The position numbers and the translations under genes are program-made. A stretch of DNA of 64,000 bases from Leidyana gryllorum EB-2025a (Eukaryota; Protista; Apicomplexa): contig JBLWGC010000173.1 in NCBI GenBank assembly GCA_048772705.1, positions 124,001 to 188,000 on the forward strand, read 5' to 3'. Shown one piece after another: positions 23,386 to 33,241 of the stretch (positions within the stretch are counted from its first letter, which is position 1; each line of letters opens with the position of its first letter). The notes beneath the pieces were generated by a model. The model had not been told where the DNA came from. It saw only the letters and a program-made list of their open reading frames with translations, and ran no database searches.

Positions 23386-24015
23386 ATGGTCAAAGTAGCA
23401 AAAAATTCAATGGGGTCCCTCCACGCGTATTCTCAAATCGGAGATGATATTCGAGAATTCGTGAGAGATGCGGACTCCACGTGGCCGCTTCCCTGTCCTC
23501 ACATAGCTGTTCCCGATCCGGTGACTCGAGCGGTGTACCACTATGGACGACGGACGCCGATCTTCACTGATGTAGAGGCTCTCACCTCAGACACGCCTTT
23601 GCACCCGAGCAACAGACCATCTCAGGATTTCTCAGTCGTGGACCTGCGAGCATTGTCCAGTGGACGCGGATCTGAGCGGCGGCACACCCACAAGGCGGTC
23701 TTAACAACACAGGGACGTCATGAATCGGCACTATCAAAGAGACAGAATGACCGACCTTATCTCCCGTTAACCAAGCAGACTTTGAAAGCAGTACAACAGC
23801 TCGCGGAAACCAACTCCGTTGTGGGGCCTAATGGATCAGAGCTGTGCACACATCACGCAGGCTGTCGGTGTCCACCGCCATCGTCGATAAACCACAAGAA
23901 GCCCGCAGCTGACACAGCGGAGTCCGTTCGGAAGATCATCACATCACTGCCCAGCCCGAGACGGCGGATAGCAAGTCACGGCCATATTCATACAATTCGT
24001 GTCAGACATTTTTAA
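23386..24015 (+). CDS. Hypothetical protein (209 aa)
   Basis: ATG-initiated 630-bp ORF with no recognisable domain. Confidence 0.5.
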   Translation: MVKVAKNSMGSLHAYSQIGDDIREFVRDADSTWPLPCPHIAVPDPVTRAVYHYGRRTPIFTDVEALTSDTPLHPSNRPSQDFSVVDLRALSSGRGSERRHTHKAVLTTQGRHESALSKRQNDRPYLPLTKQTLKAVQQLAETNSVVGPNGSELCTHHAGCRCPPPSSINHKKPAADTAESVRKIITSLPSPRRRIASHGHIHTIRVRHF

Positions 24016-24361
24016 GACCGATTATATACCCAGTTATTACTCTGTATGTCTCAATAACGTTAACCAATAGTAAACGATCCCCTGTATACAAGTCGTGGAC
24101 AATAAGTTGACAATGTAACGTTGCTCGCCGCCAGTGGGTGGTCAGTAAATGGGAGCGGAGAAAGCAAACACGGATTGTGACATATCACACTGCTGCGAGT
24201 GAGGGGGCACTCCTCGAGACGCTGAAATCTTTCGATATATACGACTTCTGTCTGATGGGGCCGGCCTCCTCGTGTCGAGTCGGTGCGGATCAATCCCCCC
24301 CCCGGGTCAGATAAGCTATGGCTTATCTATGTCGAGTGAGTTTACACGCTGTTGTGAATGA

Positions 24362-24858
24362 TCAATCGAGCTCGAGTTGTCGCGAACGACGTTTCACTCC
24401 GTGGCTTTCATCGTCAGACGACTCCTCGTCTTCGGATGCGAAGACGCAATGGAACTTTGGGTTCGCCTTGACGGTCTCCAGTTCTGCTTTATCCGCGGCT
24501 CTCTTTGCCTTTTCTTCCTCTCGCAATCTTTCGCGAGTGAGACGCTTCTCCCGTTTCTCCTTCTCTTTGGGATCGACTTTGGGCAAACGGACAAACTTTC
24601 CGTCCACCAGTCGTGAGTCGATCATGTTGAATTTGAATTCGTCTGGATTGGCATCTCGAGCCTTTTCATTGAGAATACCTATCGATAAACGTCGATTAGA
24701 AGAGGTATTGGTCAGTGTTGCTTACGAAAAAGTCGATCTTTCTCGTGCTGCTGCTCTATGCGAGCCTTGAAGTCTCCCTTCCTCTCAACCGCCTTTCCAT
24801 AGGGAGAGGTACGTTCGAGATGTACTCGGCGCGCAACCACGTGCTTGAGAGATGACAT
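24362..24858 (-). CDS. UTP11: U3 snoRNP-associated protein Utp11
   Basis: MSSLKHVVARRVHLER, ERKGDFKAR, and after a short intron LNEKARDANPDEFKFNMIDSR (the NPDEFxFxM signature). Confidence 0.88.
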
Positions 24859-24882
24859 TTTATATTTTTTTTTCCAATTCGA

Positions 24883-25414
24883 ATGGGGAGGAAAGCTGAA
24901 GACCGCGCTGAGATTCGTCAGGTATGGCGAGAGCACCGTGACAATTTGGATGCTCGTGCACGCATTTATACCTATTACTTCTCTCCTGCTGGCCATCGTG
25001 CCGAAGGCAATTATAAAGGATGGCATACTCGGTATGTAGTCGATTATATAAAGTCGTCCACTTCATCGTTTCCCATTTCGCAGTCAAGTGGACCTCTTCC
25101 CACCAACGGGTCCAGGATTCACCACAATGGAAAGCGCTGGCTTCATGGTCCTACCCCGCTATGAGTGGTTCTGCTGGGATTACTGGAAATTGCGTTGGGA
25201 GGGACTGATCAAACTCTTAGAGGAAGACGCCAAGTGCCCAGGACGCTTCCAAGCTCGTCTCGAGCTGGCATACGAAAGATTCAGAGGCCGAGCTATTAGT
25301 AGAAACAAGTATCAGCTAAATTTGGCTGAGGAGATCTTAGGCAAAAAGTACCACGTCCACCATGATACGGGCGACTACCTTAGGAAGAAGTTTGGAGCTC
25401 GCTCAGGTTTCTAG
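24883..25414 (+). CDS. Hypothetical small basic/aromatic protein (about 160 aa), 2 exons
   Basis: ATG at 24883. Intron at about 25032-25083 (gtatgt...tcgcag) joins ...GWHTR to QVDLFPPTGPG...WFCWDYWKLRWEG...; stop at 25414. Confidence 0.6.
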
Positions 25415-25431
25415 TCCGTCTTTTTGTTATC

Positions 25432-25983
25432 ATGTTGCGACAACTTACCTGCCGTACTCCGGTCACCCGGTGGCCCGTACTTCCTTGTATAACCGCTAAA
25501 CGTGCATTAACCAGCAACGCATTTAGCCGCAAATACACCCCTGAACATGAATGGGTTGACATCTCCAATCAAAACAGGTCACGTGCCCGCATTGGTCTGA
25601 CCCAGTTTGCCTCAGAAGCACTGGGCGAGATCGTCTTTGCCGAAGCGAAACCGGTGCGGACAAAGTTCAAGCAAGGAGATCCCCTGGTCACCTTGGAGAG
25701 TGTCAAGACCGTTGCAGAAGTCAGAGCACCCTGTAAGCAAACCGTGTCTCTTCAAACACACACATGTGTGCTGGCTTTTGTGACTGCAGTTGATGGAGTG
25801 ATCGCTGGCGTGAATGAACCACTAATCGAAGACCCCTCCGTACTCTCAGCTGAGGTGGCCGACAGACCAGACTCCTTCTTTGTGGACCTCGTGTCCGCTG
25901 CTGGTCCCATCAAGACCGACTCTCTTTTGGACCAATCCCAATATCAAAGTTTAGTAGTAGCCACAGCGGAATCTCACCACTAA
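25432..25983 (+). CDS. GCSH: Glycine cleavage system H protein (lipoyl carrier), with mitochondrial-type presequence
   Basis: Arg-rich leader, KYTPEHEWV, IGLTQFASEALGEIVF, lipoyl-Lys motif LESVKTVAEV, VNEPL. In-frame intron at about 25733-25789. Confidence 0.9.
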   Translation: MLRQLTCRTPVTRWPVLPCITAKRALTSNAFSRKYTPEHEWVDISNQNRSRARIGLTQFASEALGEIVFAEAKPVRTKFKQGDPLVTLESVKTVAEVRAPCKQTVSLQTHTCVLAFVTAVDGVIAGVNEPLIEDPSVLSAEVADRPDSFFVDLVSAAGPIKTDSLLDQSQYQSLVVATAESHH

Positions 25984-25987
25984 AACC

Positions 25988-28783
25988 ATGCAGAATGAGT
26001 GGGCACCCGACCCTCCCGCAGCCGCAGGGGCACCGCAGTCTCAAGAGGTCTTATTCTATCAGAACCTGTTCAGGTAAATGCAGCAACCTTGGCCTGTGTC
26101 TCCCAGCTGGCCCTCAGTCTGGTCGCTCAGAATGGTATAGCGCCTGCGGATGCGGCCGGAGAGCTTTTCCGTAAATCTGGACTCGCTGAGCCCGTCCTAC
26201 ATGCTGTGAGTTACTCGCTAACTTCTGAAGGAGGAAGATGTGTGCAACACTATGTTGTTTCAGATCTGGGGCTTGTCTGATGCTACGACTGCCGGGTATT
26301 TGGACTTTGATGCCTTCTGTACGGCGTGCCGATTGATTGCTCACGCCCAGAATGGCATGCTACCGAGCCACGAAGCCGTCATGCAAGGTGGGAAGTGCCA
26401 GCCCCTGAGATTCCGTGTACGCTTCTTACCCACAGAACCGCCGAGCTTGCCGTTCCTGGATTTGTCGGCGGCTGAGCAAACAAATAGTACGGGACGCACT
26501 AATGAGTATATGGAGGGGCCTCCGGTTGCCCCTTTACCCATGCCGGTAGAACAATACATGGACAGCCCGCCCGCGTCCGCCTCCAATGCCGAGGTCCAGA
26601 GATGGTTTGTGGATTTGGACACTGATCAGGATGGTTTCCTGACGGGAGATGAGGTTCGAATGTTCTATCGAGATTCAGGCTTGAGCGATGAGATGCTGTT
26701 CGAGATCTGGAACTCTGCAGATCAAGACATGGACGGACTACTGAACTTCCAAGAGTTCGCGGTCTTCTGCGACTTGGTCAACAGTCGACTACAGGGGCCC
26801 AGTCCTGATGGAGGCTTCGGTACAGGAGCTTTCGCCGATCTCTCCATCGGCGCTCAGCCGCATGGCTTTGGAACAGTTGAGGGAGGGTTCGATCAGTCCT
26901 TCACAACTGGTGTAAACAACAACGATGCCTCAGGAGTCCCTGGCTTCTCTCAATCAATGCCGAATGCACAACAATATACAAATCCTTCGGAAGGCGCGAC
27001 TGCCGATCCGTGGGGAGGATTCGGAGATGAAAGCAATACGTCCAAAGCGGAAGACGCAGCGGGAGGGGAGGGTGCTTTTGACCTCCAGCCTGCGAATTCC
27101 AAGAGTACCGGCTCCAAGAAGCGGAAGAAGAAGTCCAAAAATAGCGCTGGAGGCGGTCTGACAGACGCGTCAGAGACTGAACGAGCCGATTCACCAGACG
27201 AAAAGAAGAAGACTGACAAAGTCACTTTCTTCGATGATGTGTCCGTCGGAGATCTTCTCGCGGCTCCCTTTGGCGACTCGTAAGTTCATCACTCGCCAAT
27301 ATGCTGTATGAGTGATTCTCTTCCTTCGCTGTATTCGTTACGGAACGATGGAAACACAACGTCCCGGCGTGGGGGTTTGTGTGTGCTGTGTGGTGTGTAG
27401 GAGACGGAGACATGGTGGAGCTGATTGTTCTGGGTGCAAGTTTATATCCTCGATCTTCAGGAAGGAGGTTGAGCGCAAGGGGAGGGGACTCGAGGCCTCG
27501 GAAGTACCGGAAGACGTGTACAAGTCAAACCGATTAGCTGAAGATGTGACTAATGCCAAACTTTCAGCTTCCAGGGCCGGACTTGCCGAGGACGAGGATT
27601 TATTAACTCGTATTAGAAAGAAGCTTCAATTGTCGGTCGATATAGATTACGAGGACGTTCGGTAAGCGTGGATTACTGGAAGCAATGACCGCGCTCGGTG
27701 CTGCAGAGGCTTACTGTTGCATATAGAGAAAATACGAAAGGAAAAGGGGCGCGAAGAGAAGGATTTGAAAGAAGTCTTAGAACGTAAGGAGAAGTTCCAG
27801 AAGGAGATTGAAGAGCTGAGATTTGAGCTTGAGATCTTGAAAGAAGAGCGACGCCACCTGGATCAGACACGCGTTTGTGCTCGGAAAGATTGCGACGCTA
27901 TGGCTGAGTTAGTATCATTCTATCAACGAGAGATTGAAGATATGAGGAAGGACATCCAGGCATTGGAAGAGCACAGCGAGGTAAGTGCTATGCGAAGCTG
28001 TGAGCATTCATCCTTCTTGTCCGACATGATGGGCAGTGGCTTAAATCGGCTCTGTTGTCGACTCGTCAGCAGACTGAGGCTATGCAAGTGGCCCGGCGGG
28101 CGGCTTTGGAGCAGAGTCAAGAAGAGGAAAAGCGATTAGCTGATCTCGAGACCCAAATCACTGAGTTGCGAGTATTGGCGGAGCGGACACGCCGCGAGCT
28201 TGAGAGCAAGCGGTCGGAGCGTTTGATTTTGGAGCAGCACTTCACTGATGCTGATCAGGACCGGTATTTGATGGTGTCGGGATTGGAGCAGCAGAGAGCG
28301 AAACTCGAGAGGTTACGAGCTGAGCGTCTGAGTCGACTGGAGGAGAAACAGAGACTGAGCGAGAGTAACGCCACTTTGGAGCGGTGGCCGCCACAGCACC
28401 ATGTTAACCCGCAAATGAGTCTCCAGCAGCCGAGAGTATACAGAGTGAGTTGTTTAGTCCACCACGGCTTATATAGAGCAATGTATAATATTCATCATCA
28501 TCATCATCAGGACAAGAAAGGTGTACCTAATTCAGCGTCAACGATGTATGGAGTGACGCGGGAGGTGGCCGATGGGGGTGTTGCTGGCCCTCGATCGACT
28601 GGTTTGGAGATTGCTGGCAGCAGAGGGCAGTGGGAAACGTTCAGCACTGACAAATCTCGACGTGGAGGTGCAGCAGCAGCAGCGGGCGATGAGAGCAAAG
28701 GCAGTCGACTTATTTCGGGTGGCGACAAAAGCTCAGTGGCAGGGATGTGGGGACACTCTAGCTCGGGGGGGGATGGTCGCTGA
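25988..28783 (+). CDS. EPS15: Eps15-like EH-domain protein with coiled coil, multi-exon
   Basis: EH1: ELFRKSGLAEPVLHA|IWGLSDATTAGYLDFDAFCTACRLIAHAQNG. EH2: FVDLDTDQDGFLTGDEVRMFYRDSGLSDEMLFEIWNSADQDMDGLLNFQEF. Long coiled coil downstream. Confidence 0.8.
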
Positions 28784-30011
28784 GCAGCTCATCTATAGCT
28801 CGATTGAGGTTGCCGTCGTGCCTAGCGAGCGCGCGCTCACAGGCTGCAGAATCGTCGAAACCCATGGAGCGCAGTGCCTCCATCTGATTACGGAATCGTT
28901 CTGCAAGTCAGTGAATGTTACGAGTGTTGAATAAGGGCAAACTCACCCGCTGGAGGGATAGCTGCCGGTGCAGTCTGTCCGGTCAGACCCATCAGAGGGG
29001 GCCAGAAGGTGCTGGGCGGGACTGATGGGGCAGTGGCTGCTGCGGCTGCGAACGGCGGCAAGTCCGGCCCTGCGGCACCTGAGAAGCCACCCATCATGGT
29101 GGAGCCGAACAAGTTTATGGGTCGCAGGAATGCTTGAGCTTCGGCCTCCTCAGCGGGCGTGGGGCCGGCACCCCCTTGTTGCTCCCCAGGCCATGCCTGT
29201 GGGAACGGTTCGTCGGGTGACTGATTGAGATCGTAATTTGTAGCTTCGCCGCCACCGCCCCGGCGAGGCTGGTCAGCCTCCATGGCAGACGAGACAGTTT
29301 CCCAAACAGGTTCCTGAACTTCAGTATAAACCTGACGCAAAGCGTCGAAGCCCTGGAACAGATTTAGTATTAGTGTGAAACAGCAGCGCTCACCCCAGGC
29401 ACAGCGTCGATGTTGCTGAGTGCTCTGTCTGACGTTCTCATCATCTCCCGCATCATAGCGGGGCTTCGCATTGCCGTGAAGGCGTCTTGCAGAGTCTGAA
29501 GGAGGCAAAGAGTTTCAGATTGGCGGTGTGTGGGTACCTGGGGATCGTTGAGGATGGCGTTGATTTCGGGGCTGCGCTGTCGCAGAGCCCGAATAGTGGG
29601 ATTGGCATCCATTATCATCATCAGCAAGTCCGGATTTCGAACAACAGAGTCCATCAGAGGAGATGACATCATTTCATCTGCCAAACTTGCGGACGATTGT
29701 CCTAATGCTCGTGGATCCGCGGCACCAAGTTGACTCGGCGACGAGCCTGAATGTGTTGGAGACGAGGCGATCGAGTAGAATACTGTATCCCCGTTCTTCA
29801 CATCGTAGGTGTTGAGACGCTGTGTCGGCTGCAAAACGCGTCCACGATGTACATAACGAATGGAAGCTCCTCCGAGTTCCCCGCTTCCTATGAGTTGCAG
29901 GCCCAATTCTGACACCAGACTGTCCGAGTCGAGTGTTACAGAGGTCCGGGCTCCATCTGGTACTCTCTGAAGCCAAACCACAAAGGGTGCCCCTGGGTCA
30001 CCGTTTTCCAT
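28758..30011 (-). CDS. DSK2: Ubiquilin/Dsk2 (UBL-STI1-UBA), multi-exon
   Basis: UBL (IRYVHRGRVLQPTQRLNTYDVKNGDTV), STI1 (NPDLLMMIMDANP...MMREMMRTSDRALSNIDAVPG|GFDALRQVY), UBA (RFRNQMEALRSMGFDDSAACERALARHDGNLNRAIDELL). Stop TAG at 28758-28760. Confidence 0.9.
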
Positions 30012-30024
30012 TCCCCTTTTTGTG

Positions 30025-31862
30025 ATGTCAGACTTAACATTAACCCATCGTGGTATTCGCCAGGCCCGCAAACGCCCCCCCCCACCACCATCTCCCACCG
30101 CTGATAGGATTTTCCTCCCCAGACAGAAGATCTGTAATGTTATCGAGTTCGGAACCTTCGATTCGAAACCACAACCTAAGCAAATCTCTATCGAATACGC
30201 CTATGAGTCATGGATTGACTCTTTGTGCAAAGCCCGAACCGACTCTAAGCTCAAAGTAGCTGCATTTGCTCCCGAACATGTCCTGGCGGGTGAGTGAGTC
30301 ATGACTAACTTGAGTGACTGTGTGATGTTGAGAGAAACACCGTGCGGCTGTCGTCACACCGGATATCTTTTCCCGGTGGACAGTGTCGAACATGTGGTAA
30401 AACCCCGTTGAGATGCTAACGGTGCTTCGTGTGCGTCCAAACGTGTGTCTCGTCATGTCATTGCAGTTTGTCCTGAGATTCGGTCTCTCTGGCGCAGTTA
30501 TCGGCTGTCGGCGCGCCCCCTCTTGATTCGCACCATACTTCCGACATTGCAGCAGTGGGTCCTGATGGCGAGTTGTTGGGTGCTGAATACTTCAAAGGTC
30601 CCCGCGGTTACGGGTTTTCTCGTTAGCAGGTGTTGCTTCTCAGCTTGGGCCAGGTATGCTAATGAATGTTGCGAACGAGCCGTGTTTGTCTGTGCTGCCG
30701 TTGACTGCGCTCTCTTTGGCGGGCTGTCGCAACGTGGGTGGACCTCCCGTCACGCGCCTTCTGGAGCGAGTACCCCGCTTGAGGCGGATCAACCTGTCTG
30801 GATGCCCGAGTTCCCTTACCTCCACTGTTCAACGTCAACTGGCCCAGTTCCTACAATCTGGTCAGCTGCAAGCTCTAGCGTTCCAGGGCAGTCCCGTCAT
30901 CGCAGAAGGGGATGAGGCTCGCCCTTTGATCGATCTGTCCTGCCCAGGGTCGAACCTCTCCCGCCTCGAGATCCTAGAAGTTCGGCGAGCGCGTCTGAGG
31001 CTGAAAGCTAACACCCCGTTGTTCCCGCTAAGTCTGGTGAGCCAGTCGAGTTTGCGGGATGTTACAGATGCGAGCATGTAGAAGCGCCTCTGTCTCCGAG
31101 AAGTGGACTTGGAGATTCTTATTGAGCCAGCGGAGCTGTATAGATTTCCACATTTGAAGGTCGTCACCCTCGAGAGTGAGAATATGTCAATCGCTGTCTG
31201 TCACCGACACGTTGTAGACGTGACCTTGGATCCTACGGCTCTGCAGCGCTTCATTAAGTGTTGTTCCAACCTGGAGTCCTTCACGCTCGCAAATATGACT
31301 TCTCTGAATCAGGAGAATTGGGATTCGCAGGCCGGAGAGCTCTTTTGGTTGGGGCTCTTTCCTCAACAAGCCACACCCACACAGACTCCACCAGATATAG
31401 ATGATGATATGACCGAACAGCCGGTCGACCCTCCTATACTGCCACTGACGTTGAGACGCCTCAAAGTGTATAAAGACCCCGGGTAAGTTGGATCAGAGAG
31501 GGCGTTGCACTGACTCATCGTCCTGAAGATTCACACCATTGGTGGCGGTATTCTTGGTGATCATGTACTCTGGCTTGCGAAATCTGACATTGAGACACTG
31601 CGACGCCCTGGATGGAGATGTTGTTAGTCATCTGGCCGGGATGCCGGTTCCCCAGGAATACGTGGCTGCCCCCAGACAGCTCTCGATAGTCATTGAAGGT
31701 CCCACATCGGTTCTACCACTGGAGTTTCGGTTGGCACTACAAGAAATGGGTCTGCGCGGTATCAGCATTGTCGCCAAAAGTGCACCGGCAAGTAGCAACG
31801 CCAAACACAACGGTCACTCGAGACTAATCCCACCAATCCGTCATCCGGTGTTCTCACTGTAG
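30025..31862 (+). CDS. Leucine-rich-repeat (F-box/AMN1-like LRR) protein, multi-exon
   Basis: LTALSLAGC, LRRINLSGC, LEILEV, LESFTLANM, LRRLKV and LRNLTLRHC repeats across exons. The start codon is tentative. Confidence 0.6.
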
Positions 31863-33213
31863 TGGAGTTTGGACCCGAGCTGCAATCTCAGATATGGTCG
31901 ATTCAATCATCCGAGCGGCGGTTTCCAGTTCCGCCTCAGTGATAACCAGAGGAGGAGTGAGGCGCACTGTGTGCTCATGCGTTGGCTTGACGAGCAACCC
32001 TTTCCCTTTAAGTGCGACGCAAAGATCCCAGGCGTTGACGCCAGTTGCAGTTTGATCGATTTCCATCGCCATCATCAGACCCTTACCCCGAACCGCCCGC
32101 ACCACTTGGGGATACTTAGTGCGGATCTTCTGCAAGTCCGACAAAAACTTTGACCCCACCTTGGCGGCATTCTCAACCATCTTCTCACTGATCAAAGCGT
32201 CCAATGCGGCCATTAAGACGGCACACGCCAGGGGATTGCCGCCGAACGTACTACCATGTTGTCCCGGCTTGATGCATAGCATGATGTCATCATCGGCCAG
32301 TACTGCAGAAATGGGTAGCACCCCACCTGACAGTGCCTTCCCCATCAAAACAATCTCGGGACGGACATTGTCATGGTGGCAGGCCAACAAACGGCCAGTT
32401 CGGCCAAGACCGGATTGTATCTCATCGCACATGAGCAAGCAATTATTCTTTAAACACAACTTGTGGGCTGCTTCCAAATATCCATTGTCCGGGATGATGA
32501 CTCCAGCTTCACCCTGAATGCAGTTGTTGCAATGTTACAGCACATTCGGCATGGCGCACACATGTGTGCGCGAACAGAAAGATGGCACAATGTGTCCGCT
32601 GCCTTACCTGAATAGGCTCAACCAGAAACGCTGCGACTCTGTCCCGGTACTCCTCTAATATAGTCTTGAGCGCCGAAATGTCATTAAATGGTACGTTAAT
32701 GAAACCGGGGGCACGCGGGCCGAAGCCCCCGTAGCTATCCGGATCCGTAGAAAAGGATATAACAGTTGAAGTACGGCCGTGGAAATTGTCTCTGGCCGTG
32801 ATGATCAAGGCCTGATCTGTGGGCACCCCTTTTTTGTCGTACGCCCATCTTCTCGCAAGTTTGATCCCACTTTCCACGGCTTCAGCTCCCGAGTTCATCA
32901 ACAAGGCTTTCTGATATCCAAAAGTGTCGCATAAGAGTTTCTCGGCGGGTCCGAGGCGATCATTGTAGAAAGCACGTGAAGTAAGGGTTACAAGCTGAGC
33001 TTGTTCTACGAGCGCGTTGATGATCTTTGGGTGTCGGTGGCCCTGATTGACTGCCGAGTAAGCTGCGAGGAAGTCCATATATTGGCGACCTTCCACATCA
33101 TAAACATAGATCCCTTCGGCACGTCCAATGACCACCGGAAGGGGATGGTAGTTATGAGCGCCATATTGACTTTCAAGAGCGATTAAATCTTGTGCAGACA
33201 TGTGTTCTCTCAT
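31854..33213 (-). CDS. OAT: Ornithine aminotransferase (class III PLP enzyme)
   Basis: YGAHNYHPLPVV, YSAVNQGHRHP, LTSRAFYND, MNSGAEAVE, NFHGRT, EPIQ|GEAG (intron 32514-32607), DEIQSGLGRTG, GKALSGG (PLP Lys), PGQHGSTFGGNPL. Confidence 0.96.
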
Positions 33214-33241
33214 ATTATTTTTGCGAGAGGAAAAAGAGGAC

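Noticed and set aside
10201-33213. Proline racemase and ornithine aminotransferase as a physical metabolic cluster
   Set aside because: They are about 20 kb and more than ten unrelated genes apart. A metabolic link via P5C/proline is possible, but clustering is unsupported.
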